Notes: a model not told the origin generated them from the sequence alone. Shown: positions 1 through 13,366, counted from the whole stretch's first letter. The stretch is DNA of 63,729 nt, filler included, from Reclinomonas americana ATCC 50394 (GCA_048213135.1; 27 parts of 27 records of this genome joined end to end with filler, not necessarily neighbours in it); one strand, 5' to 3'. Translations and numbers: made by a program.

Positions 1-2
1 AG

Positions 3-39
<37 letters not shown>

Positions 40-48
<9 letters not shown>

Positions 49-2283
49 ATTGTGTGCGATTTGAGGTTGGGTGGAGTGACCAGCATGGGCATGCACTGAC
101 ACGCATGATGCCACTTCTGCGACAGATGTGGGACGTACGCATTTCGACTCGTCTGGTCCACATGCTCTACTGCAGCAGGTGCAGCTGGGCGGCATCCTGT
201 CACTTGCTGCGGTGTCCCTTGACTGCTCGAATGCCCACACACATTTTCTGTCGATCGGTGTGTGCTTGTGGTGCTGCAACACGAGTGCCGGCTGCTCTGC
301 TTTTTTTCTTTGCTCACACATGCACTCTCATGTCGCAGGGGAGTGAGGCCTGTCATCGCACCATCTGTCCTTTGTGTTGTGCGAGACGGAGCACCGTGGC
401 GACGAGATGTGTGCATGTGCCTCGCAATGGCGCGCTCCAGCATCACATTCAGATCTCTCCCTGTCCGCCTCTACGCCGACTGTGTTCTTGTGTCTCACAT
501 ATATACTGAGCAGGTGAGCAATTCACGTTTCTTTTCTCTCTCGTTCTTCTTCACCTCCACCATTCACTTGCATTGGTCACGTTCACTTGCAGTGTTCACG
601 CCTCCTCCCACTCTCCTTTTCCTCACCTCGTCTCGTCTCGTTTCGCTCCTCCTTGTGTCTTCTGTTGCCTTCCTTTCTTGGCCTCTCTCCTCTCCATTGT
701 CCCCTTCCCGTGAGCCGCCCTTGTTGCTTTTCGTTGATCTCTTTTCACTTGCATCCTTCGCGCCTCCATCCTCTCTCACTCTCCTCCTCCTCACCTCTCT
801 GTGCTTCAAGGGCCTCCCTTTTCGGTCCCTTTTCTCCTTTCGTGATCTCTATTCACTTGCATCCTTCACGACTCCTCCCACTCTCCTTTTCCTTCACCTC
901 GTTTCTTTCTCTCCTGTGTCAGCTGAGCGCTCTTCAATGGCCTCCCTTTCAATGCCTCCCATCGTCCGCTTCTCAAGATCCGCCCTTTTTCTCCTTCATT
1001 CATGTCATGCACTTGCATTGTTCATGCCTCCGTGCGCCCACTCTCTCTTTCTTCTCGTCTCGCATTGTTCTGCTTCGTGTCGATTGAGGGATGCTTGCTC
1101 GTCACTGTGCCGCGTTCCTCGCTTGCTATCCTCTTCCTCCCCATTCCGATTTGTGCCTACCCTCTCTTCTCTTCCTTTTGCACCCACGTAATTGCAGCAC
1201 GCTACTCCTCTCTCATTCTCCTCATTGCATCCCGTTCGCCGATGTCTGTCTTCTTGCTTCACAACCCACTCTCTCATCTGATTGTTTCTTCTCACAGTCC
1301 TTTCGTTCGTCTTGCGCACAGCGTTGGACGGTTGGGGGAACACACTGGAGGGGTATACTCTGTCGCCATCTTCCCCGATGGCCAGCACGTCGTGAGTGGG
1401 AGTGTGGATAAAACGATCCGTGTGTGGTCCTCGCCGCGTGGGCTGGCGGGGCAAGAGCTTGCGGCCGCACAATCCGCCGTGCTGGCCGTCAACGAGGTGC
1501 TTGTCGACGAAGATGATCGTGACTGGATCCTCGTCGATGTTGTGCTGCGGTGTTTTGTGTTGGAGGATGCAGAGGTGATTGAACGCCGTGCGCCTGCATG
1601 GTGGTGGACGGAGTGAGCTCAATGAATGTACGAAGACCGATGGCTGTAACTGCGTGCAACTCTGTCGTGTTAACCGCCACACAAAGTGTGGCGCTTTACA
1701 CGCGCACTTGCCAAGTGGAGGCAGCCTGAAAGCAGGCACAGCACAACACAGTGCAGTGGGACTGGAACAAGAAAAATGCCGAGAACGATGGATGTGTGTG
1801 GGTGGGTGAGGTGAGGCCATGGAATGAACAGACACGCGTGCTACTCGGCGTTGAGCGAGTCCTCGCTCTCCCATGGCCACCCACACCCGCCTTGTGCTTG
1901 TGCCTTCATGTCGCCTTGTCATTTGAACACGGCGTGGATGCCAGCCTGTCGCTTTTTGAAGCAGCGGCCAGTGGCGTCATTTCCGCCTCCCATTCTCACA
2001 CCGGCACCGCATGAACATGGAGAGCTCACCAAGCATCGATTCAGAGGGCCACCCATCTCGCCACACACGCCATGGGGAGGGAGGGAGTGCACTTGCCCTG
2101 CGCACTCGTTTCCCGCGCGTGCGTGTGTGCCTTGACAGCCGCGGCCGGTGTGACGCACCCACTCACGCGCTGCGCTGCCTCTTGGCTCTCTTTCTGAATC
2201 TTGTGTTGTTGGCCTCTCCACGCGACTCACGTTCATGACTCGGAGTGAGTTGATGCTCATGGCGGGTCGAGTGGAACAGGCTC
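40..2283 (+). repeat. Dispersed ~2.2 kb unit, diverged copy A (copy B inverted at 57682-60025)
   Basis: Colinear similarity end to end with the reverse complement of contig 57682-60096 (e.g. gttgatgctcatggcgggtcgag near 2250 vs ctcgacccgccatgagcatcaac near 57695), with many more substitutions and indels than the haplotig pairs. Confidence 0.85.
1322..1616 (+). pseudogene. WD40 fragment (last repeat plus family-specific C-terminal tail); relic or terminal exon
   Basis: GEHTGGVYSVAIFPDGQHVVSGSVDKTIRVWS followed by the tail GLAGQELAAAQSAVLAVNEVLVDEDDRDWILVDVVLRCFVLEDA, homologous to the end of the intact gene at 37038-38150; no intact upstream repeats. Confidence 0.6.
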
Positions 2284-2490
2284 GGCATGCATGCATGCAC
2301 ATTCAATGCCGCAACATCTCACTCACATCGCAGTTGGAGAATGGAGCTCCACGACGAGGACGCGGAGAGACAGGGAGTACAGAAACACAGACGGCACCGG
2401 GAGGCGCGCGCACAAACGTGAGAGAGAAAGAGGATGTTGACGTCCCGTCGGATGAATCAGAGTTGGTGCTTCACGCACACACACACACAC

Positions 2491-2590
2491 NNNNNNNNNN
2501 NNNNNNNNNNNNNNNNNNNNNNNNNNNNNNNNNNTTAATTAATTAANNNNNNNNNNNNNNNNNNNNNNNNNNNNNNNNNNNNNNNNNNNN
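2491..2590. other. Artificial contig linker (44 N + TTAATTAATTAA + 44 N); first of 26
   Basis: Identical 100-nt spacer with stops in all six frames; others start at 5079, 7664, 10239, 12812, 15378, 17944, 20508, 23072, 25634, 28194, 30752, 33308, 34862, 36650, 39201, 41046, 42455, 44984, 47509, 50028, 52548, 55066, 57582, 60097, 62607. Confidence 0.99.
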
Positions 2591-4742
2591 AATCGGAAAC
2601 CGAAATCTGAGATGGCAAACTGGAAAGTGAGTACCCTCATCCTGACATACACGCACAGAGCACGCAGGTTACGCGAAAGACCTCGCAGAATCGGCGCGTG
2701 CTCGGCGCCGCGCACAAATGCGTGCAACACCGACGGCACCGCCTGCTGGCGCAGAAAACGATCGCTCAGTCGCAAATCCAGCTCGTCCACCGACAACCCT
2801 ACGCGCAAGTGGTTGTCGATCTTCCAGTCGTTGAAGACGCGCACGCGCTCGGCCGAGACCAGCGGCTGCGATGGAGAGTGGGAACAGAAGAAATGAGAGA
2901 CGAGATGTGGTGGGAGACGCGACAAAAATGACACACACCTGAACTGCTCGTCGATTGGGCGTCCACATCGAGGTGGCCATGTCGACCTCGATCGACAACC
3001 GCCCTTCCTTTTTCGTGGCCTACATGAATCACGCGCAATGCACACAGTCAAGCGGACGTCAGACGGCATCGGTGCGCCAACAACGAGGCTAACGAACCAC
3101 TCGTGCCACGGGATCGTTGGTCAGTTGCAGCAGATTGAGTGGCACAAGACCCACATACTCCTGCGGTGGCGTCTGTTCCAGCACCCATCGCACACAAATT
3201 CCGTGTGCATCAACAACCGTGTACCCGCACCCCGGCAGCGCGCCGTGTGCCTGTGCAAGGCCTCGCAATGCCATGGGCAGCACTCCAAACCCACGCTCCA
3301 CTTTGATTTCTGTGTGTGAGCGGGATTTAGTACGAAGAACAATGGGGGAACGTGTGCACGAGACACGAACCGTGATTTCTGTGGAACTCGCGGAACAGCC
3401 ATTGGTAGTCGTGGTCGGGATCATACGCCGAATACATGTGCTCCGGTCGTTGCAGTGAGAACTGTGCATTGGCGCCGGTGAGTCCACTGCCACATCAACA
3501 CTCACTTCCACACGCGGGTAATGCACACCGAAAAATAGTCCCACGCGCTAAAGTAATCCTCGACAGGACCCATTCCACACCCAGTATGTACAAACACGTT
3601 CAAGTGCCTGTGTGCGCAAGTGGTGAGGTCGATGGAACTTGGCAAGCGTGCGTATATTCCCCACACGCACGTGATTCTTGTGAGAAAGTCATTCTTGAGG
3701 GAGAACCAAATCGCCTCCTTGCCCTCCACATGGCGATCTGCACAACACACAGACAGTGTGAGGTGCTCGCCTCCAGCGACACGCAACCAAAACAGATTTT
3801 GATACGAACCCGTGCTCACAAAACTAGTGCGGTCTTCGGCGACCGCATATACATCGTCGATCGAGAAATCGGCATCCTCTCTGAGCAGAGAGATGTGAGC
3901 TCAGAGACGTGCCAAACGCGAGCAAAACAAACAAACTGCACGCACATGTTGGTGACCTCCAACATGAGGTCGCCGGTCATGACGTTGCGCGCTTGCACGC
4001 GGTGGGCCGAGATGCGCAACAAGGCATTGAAAAAGTCTGTGCGCCGGAGAACCACTCAGTGACTGCAAGCACCCAGCGTAGCGTGCACGTCTCACCATCG
4101 CGACCAATGTCAAACAACAGATTATCCCACACCCATTCGTACTTGCGCTGCCGTGGCGACACACCGGGAGGCACGCCTAGTTGCCATTCTCTCACGAATG
4201 AGTGAATTTGCGTGAGTGTGACAAGCACCGCCAACTCGCTCACCGTCAGCGTCGTAAAAGTCAAAGTCTAGATACACAGTCTGGAAAGAAATGTACACAT
4301 TCGACGGCCAGAACTCGTTGACCCCCGCCGAAAGCCTGTGCGCGCATGGCGTGAATCAGCAAGCGAGTTTCTCTCACACACACTCTCGCGCACAGCAACA
4401 CACTCACCCGTCGTCATCGTCGACATCCTCGCCCGCCTCCTCCGTCAGCGACGACCACGCCCAATTGAACAAACGGCGGACTCGCGACTTCTCCGAGCGC
4501 AACGGAGGCGGTGCGGGTGGGGCCTGCGAAGGCCCGACCAGCAGTGGGCCACTGGCGACCGTGTCGCCCGAGTGCAGACTGCTCAAGTCGTCGGTAGATC
4601 CACTCAGCGACGACAGGTCCAACTGCGACATGCTTTCGGCCACTGAATGAACACGCGACGCCGGCGCCGTCGATGCCGGTGACATGAGCTCCATCTCGGA
4701 GCGTGCCCACCAGAATGGCGACGACAGCAGCGTCTCCATCAT
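2591..4742 (-). CDS. Hypothetical multi-exon protein, 3' partial (copy 1)
   Basis: First exon MMETLLSSPFWW...DVDDDD ends at a GTGAGT donor; further coding-like blocks follow (REWQLGVPPGVSPRQRKYEWVWDNLLFD; RVFNDWKIDNHLRVGLSVDELDLRL). No family recognised; exon structure not fully resolved. Confidence 0.45.
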
Positions 4743-4762
4743 GAACTGTGGTGCGATAGTGG

Positions 4763-5078
4763 TTGAGGGAGGAGGAGAGGAAGGGGGGGAGGGGGAGGGA
4801 GAGGGAGGGGGAGGAAGGGGAGAGGGAAGGGGGGGAGGAAGGGAAGGAAAGGGGGAGGAAGGGAGATAGAGGGGGGAGAGAAGGAGAACAAGATCAAGAA
4901 CATGAAGAAGAAGACGAAATACAAAAAGAACAAGAGAAGAAGAGGAGAAGAAGAAGAAGAAGAGAAGGAGGAGGAGGAGAAGCAGATGATGATTAAGATG
5001 AAGGTGAAGAAGACGAAGGAGAAGAAGAAGAACAAGAGCATGAAGAAAGGAAGAAGAAGCAGAAAAGGAAGAAAAGAC
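4763..5078. repeat. Purine-rich (GGA/GAA) low-complexity tract
   Basis: Almost pure G/A sequence to the contig end; equivalent tract at 12511-12811. Confidence 0.9.
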
Positions 5079-5178
5079 NNNNNNNNNNNNNNNNNNNNNN
5101 NNNNNNNNNNNNNNNNNNNNNNTTAATTAATTAANNNNNNNNNNNNNNNNNNNNNNNNNNNNNNNNNNNNNNNNNNNN

Positions 5179-6993
5179 CGTCCAGCAGCTGCTCACGTCG
5201 CTGATCAACGACAACACGACGGCACCTGTCGCTTCGACAACGGAGACGCCACGCAGCGCACGCTCGACTGGCGCTCTGCGTCTGGTGTCACGCAATGCGC
5301 AAATGGCTCTGGCGTTGGCCGCGGCCAGCGACTACGACTCGAACGTGTCGGCCATTGCGCGCAGCCTCGGCGCAGTGCTGGTGGAGTTTGAGGAGAAGCT
5401 CGACGCGCTGCCGAGCAAGGTTATTTCGACTCGCATTGCGCAGCTGGCGCGGCCGCAGCTCGATGAGGTACGAAAAAACAGATCGCCTGCTCGTGCGTTC
5501 TCTTGCTCACTTGCGCGACTCGCTTGCAGATCTGTCTGGCGTTCTCACGCACGATTCGCTCCATCAATGGCGAAACCGAGCACGGCGACGGCGACGACAC
5601 CGCCGTCCGTGTGAGCACGGTCGCCGAGTGGGCGCGCGGAGCTGAGGGTTATCGCGGGCGCGAGTGGGCTGCGCTGGATCAGCAGTTCTCACGTGAGGCG
5701 TTGCTGGCCAAGAAGGTGTCGACGGGCACGCCGCTGACGCAAGTGGCCAGTGCACACCATCGTGTGCGACACGAGCGCGAGCTGGCCACCTCGGCCGTCC
5801 GCGACATTGACGAGGAGCTCGCCGCTCTGCAACAGCGCATGGAGATGCTGAAGGAGGCGCGTCGGGTGGCCGTCACCAAGGTCATGTGCGCCGATGCGGC
5901 GGAGGCCTACCTGGTCGGCATTGAGCGCTCGTCGGTCATGGCGACGGCGATGGAGGCCGCCGCCTCCACTGACAAGGCTGCTGCCTCGGGTGGTGCATCA
6001 CCAAAGGAGTCGACACTGCCGGGCTGGTTCCTGTCGCACATTCAGTCGCACGCCGAGCAGTTGATGGACAAGTGGAGCGAGGCGCTGAGTGCCCACTCGC
6101 GCGCGCCCCCGACGCCAGGACTGGCGGATGCCGATCTGGACTTTGACGCGTCCAGCACAGGCAGCTTCGAGGAGCGCCAGTGCGATCGAGAGGAGGGCGA
6201 GCAAGGCGACTTTATCTGGGCCCTCAAGGACCTGTCGATTGTCGTGCCGCCGCTCGACTTGCGACGCACCGAGGTCGACATTCACTGCACGCCGACCGTG
6301 CTGCTGGGCAAGACCGTCACCAACACCAAGAAGCACGCCAAGGCCGCCAACAACAGCACCACCAACGTCACCCCCGCCGCCGCCGCCTCCGCCGCCTCCA
6401 CCAACACCACTGCCACCACTGCCGACGGCGCCACGGTGGCCGGCAAGCGACTGGTCGTGGCCGGCAAGCGGTCGACCTCCAGTCACAAGACTCGCGACTC
6501 GCACTCGACCAACACGACCCCGACGCGCGGACGGCCGTCGAGCGCTGTCGGATCGCGCAGCGGCGGGTCGCGTACTCCCGTGTCGCGCTCGAACTCGCGA
6601 CACGCCAGCCCCGCCCGCAGCAAGTCTCGACCGGCGGCCGGTTCCGCCATGACGACTGCTACTACTACGGCCACGGCTACAGCTCCCGCCAATCATCACC
6701 ACATTGGCTCTCGCCACCGCCAGTGCACGCATGCGGAGAACCTGCGGCCGGTGCGACAGCTGTGCTTCAAGAGACCCGCGTCGACGGTGCCCATGGCGGC
6801 CTGCAGCAGCAGCAGCGAAGAGCACCAGCATGTCGAGGTGGTGCGCACGATTACGGCGGTCGGCTCGCTGACCATGATGCAGCAGGGCGCCAATGCCAAC
6901 AAGCGGCGCTCCAAGCTGGCGGTGAACCCACCACGGACGGGCTCGGCCGGTGGTGGTGCGCCTGCACAACAGCAGGCCAGCGACTGCTGCTAA
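5179..6993 (+). CDS. Hypothetical coiled-coil protein with Ser/Thr/Ala-rich tail, 5' partial
   Basis: Intron 5468-5529 (GTACGA...CTCAC...CAG) joins LDE|ICLAF in frame; long final exon with heptad-like VRDIDEELAALQQRMEMLKEARR; stop at 6993. Confidence 0.7.
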
Positions 6994-7620
6994 CGCGGTG
7001 GTGCTCCTGCACGTTTTTTACACCATTAATAATTTTTCCTTTTTTGTCTCCCGATGCCTGCTTATGATGCCCCCTTGTAGAGCTCGTGTGCTTGTTTTGC
7101 TAATGAATAGAAACCCCGTGTAACGTATGCAATCGTCAACACAATCAAGCATGTTGTCCTCATACTCGTTGTTGTTGGTCTCCACTGCATCACTCTTTCC
7201 TCCACCATGTGCGATAGTGGAGAGAGAGAGCGGGGCGTGTGTGCTGCGAGTGCGTGTGATGTACATATGTTTGCAGAGTGAGTCACTCCCTGTCCTCACA
7301 TTGTCACTCCCTTCTTCATTCACGAGCCATGGGTGTTTTGCTCTCCTCGCCGAACCGCGAGAAGCACATTGAGGATGGTGGTGCAGAGGGTGGCAGCTTC
7401 CGCTTTGGCGTCTCGAGCATGCAGGGCTGGTGCGGCGCGTGGTGATGTCCATGTCAGACAGAGACAGCTCGTCTTTCGCACACGCACACACACACCACGC
7501 ACGCACACATCATGTGCTCTCCTCTCTTCATGCACGCGCACGCATCCTCGCTCTGTTCGTCGTCAGTGTGAGAAGAAAAAAGTGTGCTCATGAAAGTGCA
7601 ATTTGGTCCTCGTGTGGACT

Positions 7621-7663
<43 letters not shown>

Positions 7664-7763
7664 NNNNNNNNNNNNNNNNNNNNNNNNNNNNNNNNNNNNN
7701 NNNNNNNTTAATTAATTAANNNNNNNNNNNNNNNNNNNNNNNNNNNNNNNNNNNNNNNNNNNN

Positions 7764-7828
<65 letters not shown>

Positions 7829-7936
7829 CGTTTCTTTTGTCACATCCTTCTCTCCCCTTCCCTCGTTGCCCATCCTTCACTCCCCCTCCCCCTTTTCCTT
7901 TCCTCCTTATACTGTGCTAATGCGCGCCCCGCGTAG

Positions 7937-8477
7937 GTCAAGACCTGGGTGAAGGAGCTGCGGAAAGTGGTGGGCCAGGATATTCAACTGTGCATCGCCG
8001 GCAACAAGTACGATCTGGTAAAGCAGAGTCAAGTGTCACGGGAAGACGCAGAAGGGTGCGTCCACTCGCACGCGTGCGTGCGCGTATGTGTGTGTACTTG
8101 TCGCATGGATTCACCATTGATGTTGCCCCGCAGGTACGCTCAATCAGTGGGAGCGGCACACTTCTACACGTCGGCCAAGATGGGTACGGGTGTGGCGGAG
8201 GCATTTGGAGATCTGGCCAAGAGTTTCGTGTGCCTCCTCCCCACCTCCTGCTTCTTCTTGCTCCAACTCCGCATCTGCAGGGATTCTGGCACGTGCTGGT
8301 GATGCGGCTCGGCGCGGTGGACAGCCCGCTCGTGCCGGTGCTGCTGGACCATCAGGGTCCGGCGAGGGTGCGGCCAATAGGACATCAACGCGCGGACGGA
8401 GCACGTTGATCATATCGGATGACGACGGGCGCGGTAGTGGAAGTGACGCAGGAAAGAAGAAGGGCGGGTGTTGTTAG
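7937..8477 (+). CDS. RAB21: Rab21-like small GTPase, 3' exons
   Basis: WVKELRKVVG..IAGNKYDL (G4), YTSAK (G5), C-terminal GGCC prenylation motif; introns 8056-8133 and 8223-8280 restore the frame. Confidence 0.85.
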
Positions 8478-8675
8478 TATGTGTGTGTTTGCGTCCACGT
8501 GAGAAAGAATTGTGGCTGCAACGTAAGATGTGCTGAGAGAGAAAAACTGAAACTGAGAACCAAGAGGAGCCATGTGTTTGCAGATGTGTGTGTGTGTTGG
8601 CGGGCGGGCGGTAGTGAGTGCGATCCATGTGTGTACTGCTGATTGATTTTGTGTGCATTATTGGGGGTTATCAAC

Positions 8676-10238
8676 TCATCGATTCTTGCGTGTCATGTTC
8701 GCCTTTTTCCTCGCACCGGCCGCGGCGCCTTTCCTTGCACTCGCGGCCAGCGTCTCGAAGCGCTTCACAGCCTTGGTCCGATTGCGCTTGTTGAGGAACT
8801 TGGCGTTGAGTGGGATGTAGGCGTACGGGTCGGGCTTGCCCTCGATCTTGATATCGCCGCGGGCGCCCTTCTTCTTGGGCCGGTACTCCTCTCCCGTGTG
8901 CACCACGTCCTCGATGCCGAGGCGTGCTCTCCTCTTGGCCTCCTTCTCCGCCGGTGTCAGTTCCTTCTTGCGGCGCTTTGGAGCACTGCAGACCACGCAA
9001 GTGAGCACGCACACGTCACAACACACTGCATCACCGGCAATCACTTCCGCACCTCTCAGTGTCGTCACCACCAGCACCGGCACCATCTTCGCCCATCAGC
9101 TCCCGCTCCACCTCGTCAACAGCGTCCCTAGCGCGCTTGCGGCGTGCATCTGACGACGCTCGCCGACCCGACTTGGCGCCCGCATCATCGTCGTCGTCGT
9201 CGCCACCGTCTTCGTCATCCGTGTCGTCCGTGTCCATCTTCACTTGCAGCCGGCCAGTCTTCGACACTGTCAGCTTGTACTTGTCGTCGGGACCGCTGTC
9301 GTCGCTCATGTCCTCATCCTCTGCACTCTCAAGTGAGCACACGCGACACACAGTGCCACACAGGAAAAATCGAAAACACACCTTCGCCGCCCAGCACACG
9401 CGGATCGAGCAGGTCGACAGGATCGCCGAGTTCGTTGGACGACAGCGACGAGACCAGTGCCGACGATTTGCCATTGTCGGCGGCGTGCTTGTCGTGCTTC
9501 TTGCGACCCTTGGTGATGGGGCCACTCTCGGCACCCGGACCCGTAAAGGCCTTCTCGAAGCCAGCATGTGCATTGCCGTCCTCTCCGGCCCCGGCTGCGG
9601 AGCTGGCAGCATGTGCCGCTGCCGCCTGCCTCGCGCGTCGGTCGTTCTGCTTCCGCAAGTTCCGGATCAGGCGCTTGGCCTCCTCCGGGAAGTGCGGCTC
9701 CACATACTCGTAGCCGAACTTGCGAATGAACTTTTCAAACAGGTTGCGAATGTCGACGCGGATGGCACCGGGGCACGAGCCACCCTCACTCCACTCGAGG
9801 AGACTCGTCACCATGAGCTTGATATGCGGTCGCATCAAGTCGAGACTGACCACCTTCAGTGCCACCTTGATAAAGCCGAGCACCGATTTCAGCACCTCGC
9901 GCGAAGAATGCGACAGCAGGCCGAGAATCGGCTGCAGCAGCAACGCAGGCACCGTGCCCAGAGCATCTGCGAGCGCACACAAACAATTCAGCAACAGATT
10001 ACGCTGAACAAGAAAACAAACTGCACGGACGCACGTCTGAACTCAAACATGAGGCGCGCAATGGCCAGCACCGCAGCCGACAGCGCATGCGGTGTCTCGG
10101 CTGCCAGCGTGGCCGCCACAAACACAAACAGTTCACGAATCGCATCTGCCGCCATGCCAAACACATGGTCAGTCCACGCAACAACTCTTCTTTTCCTCAT
10201 CCGCGAAAACGTACCAACATCCGGCTCGCCCGTCTCGG
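8676..10238 (-). CDS. RRP12: RRP12-like ribosome biogenesis HEAT protein, C-terminal exons
   Basis: SREVLKSVLGFIKV, FEKFIRKFGYE and the diagnostic C-terminal GDIKIEGKPDPYAYIPLN; several GT-AG introns; convergent with Rab21. Confidence 0.9.
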
Positions 10239-10338
10239 NNNNNNNNNNNNNNNNNNNNNNNNNNNNNNNNNNNNNNNNNNNNTTAATTAATTAANNNNNN
10301 NNNNNNNNNNNNNNNNNNNNNNNNNNNNNNNNNNNNNN

Positions 10339-12489
10339 AGTCGGAAACCGAAATCTGAGATGGCAACTGGAAAGTGAGTACCCTCATCCTGACATACACG
10401 CACAGAGCACGCAGGTTACGCGAAAGACCTCGCAGAATCGGCGCGTGCTCGGCGCCGCGCACAAATGCGTGCAACACCGACGGCACCGCCTGCTGGCGCA
10501 GAAAACGATCGCTCAGTCGCAAATCCAGCTCGTCCACCGACAACCCTACTCGCAAATGGTTGTCGATCTTCCAATCGTTGAAGACGCGCACGCGCTCGGC
10601 CGAGACCAGCGGCTGCGATGGAGAGTGGGAACAGAAGAAATGAGAGATGAGATGTGGTGGGAGACGCGATAAAAATGACACACACCTGAACTGCTCGTCG
10701 ATTGGGCGTCCACATCGAGGTGGCCATGTCGACCTCGATCGACAACCGCCCTTCCTTTTTCGTGGCCTACATGAATCACGCGCGATGCACACAGTCAAGC
10801 GGACGTCAGACGGCATCGGTGCGCCAACAACGAGGCTAACGAACCACTCGTGCCACGGGATCGTTGGTCAGTTGCAGCAGATTGAGTGGCACAAGACCCA
10901 CATACTCCTGCGGTGGCGTCTGTTCCAGCACCCATCGCACACAAATTCCGTGTGCATCAACAACCGTGTACCCGCACCCCGGCAGCGCGCCGTGTGCCTG
11001 AGCAAGGCCTCGCAATGCCATGGGCAGCACTCCAAACCCACGCTCCACTTTGATTTCTGTGTGTGAGCGGGATTTAGTACGAAGAACAATGGGGGAAAAT
11101 GTGCACGAGACACGAACCGTGATTTCTGTGGAACTCGCGGAACAGCCATTGGTAGTCGTGGTCGGGATCATATGCCGAATACATGTGCTCCGGTCGTTGC
11201 AGTGAGAACTGTGCATTGGCGCAGGTGAGTCCACCACATCAACACTCACTTCCACACGCGAGTAATGCACACCGAAAAATAGTCCCACGCGCTAAAGTAA
11301 TCCTCGACAGGACCCATTCCACACCCAGTATGTACAAACACGTTCAAATGCCTGTGTGCGCAAGTGGTGAGGTCGATGGAACTCGGCAAGCGTGCGTATA
11401 TTCCCCACACGCACGTGATTCTTGTGAGAAAGTCATTCTTGAGGGAGAACCAAATCGCCTCCTTGCCCTCCACATGGCGATCTGCACAACACACAGACAG
11501 TGTGAGGTGCTCGCCTCCAGCGACAAGCAACCAAAACAGATTTTGATACGAACCCGTGCTCACAAAACTAGTGCGGTCTTCGGCGACCGCATATACATCG
11601 TCGATCGAGAAATCGGCATCCTCTCTGAGCAGAGAGATGGAGCTCAGAGACGTGCCAAACGCGAGCAAAACAAACAAACTGCACGCACATGTTGGTGACC
11701 TCCAACATGAGGTCGCCGGTCATGACGTTGCGCGCTTGCACGCGGTGGGCCGAGATGCGCAACAAGGCATTGAAAAAGTCTGCGCGCCAAAGAACCACTC
11801 AGTGACTGCAAGCACCCGGCGTGGCGTGCACGTCTCACCATCGCGACCAATGTCAAACAACAGATTATCCCACACCCATTCGTACTTGCGCTGCCGTGGC
11901 GACACACCGGGAGCCACGCCTAGTTGCCATTCTCTCGCAAATGAGTGAATTTGCGTGAGTGTGACAAGCACCGCCAACTCGCTCACCGTCAGCGTCGTAA
12001 AAGTCAAAGTCTAGATACACAGTCTGGAAAGAAATGTACACATTCGACGGCCAGAACTCGTTGACCCCCGCCGAAAGCCTGTGCGCGCATGGCGTGAATC
12101 AGCAAGCGAGTTACTCACACAGACACACACACTCGCGCACAGCAACACACTCACCCGTCGTCATCGTCGACATCCTCGCCCGCCTCCTCCGTCAGCGACG
12201 ACCACGCCCAATTGAACAAACGGCGGACTCGCGACTTCTCCGAGCGCAACGGAGGCGGTGCGGGTGGGGCCTGCGAAGGCCCGACCAGCAGTGGGCCGCT
12301 GGCGACCGTGTCGCCCGAGTGCAGACTGCTCAAGTCGTCGGTCGATCCACTCAGCGACGACAGGTCCAACTGCGACATGCTTTCGGCCACTGAATGAACA
12401 CGCGACGCCGGCGCCGTCGATGCCGGTGACATGAGCTCCATCTCGGAGCGTGCCCACCAGAATGGCGACGACAGCAGCGTCTCCATCAT
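10339..12489 (-). CDS. Hypothetical multi-exon protein (copy 2 of 2591-4742)
   Basis: Contig 10339-12811 is near-identical to 2591-5078, differing by SNPs and small indels. Confidence 0.45.
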
Positions 12490-12972
12490 GAACTGTGGCG
12501 CGACAGCGGTTGAGGGAGGAGGAGAGGAAGGGGGGAGGGGGAGGGAGAGGGAGGGGGAGGAAGGGGAGAGGAAGGGGGGAGGACGGGAATGAAGGGGGGA
12601 GGAAGGGAGATAGAGGGGGGAGAGAAGGAGAACAAGATCAAGAACATGAAGAAGAAGACGAAATACAAAAAGAACAAGAGAAGAAGAATAGAAGGAGGAG
12701 GAGGAGAAGCAGATGATGATTAAGATGAAGGTGAAGAAGACGAAGGAGAAGAAGAAGAACAAGAACAAGAGCATGAAGAAAAGAAGAAGAAGCAGAAAAG
12801 GAAGAAAAGATNNNNNNNNNNNNNNNNNNNNNNNNNNNNNNNNNNNNNNNNNNNNTTAATTAATTAANNNNNNNNNNNNNNNNNNNNNNNNNNNNNNNNN
12901 NNNNNNNNNNNCCACCACCACCACCACCATAAGCGTCAGCAAATAACTCACGCATACGCAGACGCAGACGCA

Positions 12973-13366
12973 CCTCTTCTGCGTCGACACCAATCTTGCC
13001 ACGATAGAGATCGGGGACAAGGGCACGGCAGCCGGCATTCTCGCTCAAGTACTGTGCATGCTTCAGGCACTGCAGGTTGACTCCCCACCACCTGCGCACA
13101 AGATTGAGAATCGACAACTCTATCTCTCTCCACCGGTCTCACACAAGCAGCACGCGACGAAACTCTTGGATAACAATGACAGCCACAGGAGCGTGCACGT
13201 CGCCAAAGCTGAATCCAGGCACCTTGGTGCCTGCCGACAACGCATGAACTCACGCACACACGAAAGTGCACTGAACAGCACACACTCGCTCACCGTCTGA
13301 GCGAGACCACTCCACTCGGCGGTCACCATACTGCTGGTTGACAAGGTACTGCTGCTGCAACGCCAT
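12973..13366 (-). CDS. Dienelactone hydrolase family protein, 5' exons
   Basis: Spliced MALQQQ...SD|GTKVPGFSFGDVHAPVAVIVIQE|WWGVNLQCLKHAQYLSENAGCRALVPDLYRG; QEWWG and PDLYRG are DLH-family motifs. Confidence 0.85.

Noticed and set aside
262..1191. 309-aa Leu/Ser/Phe-rich ORF as a membrane protein
   Set aside because: It is a translation of a pyrimidine-rich tract, and the frame is not preserved in the homologous copy at 58740-59803.
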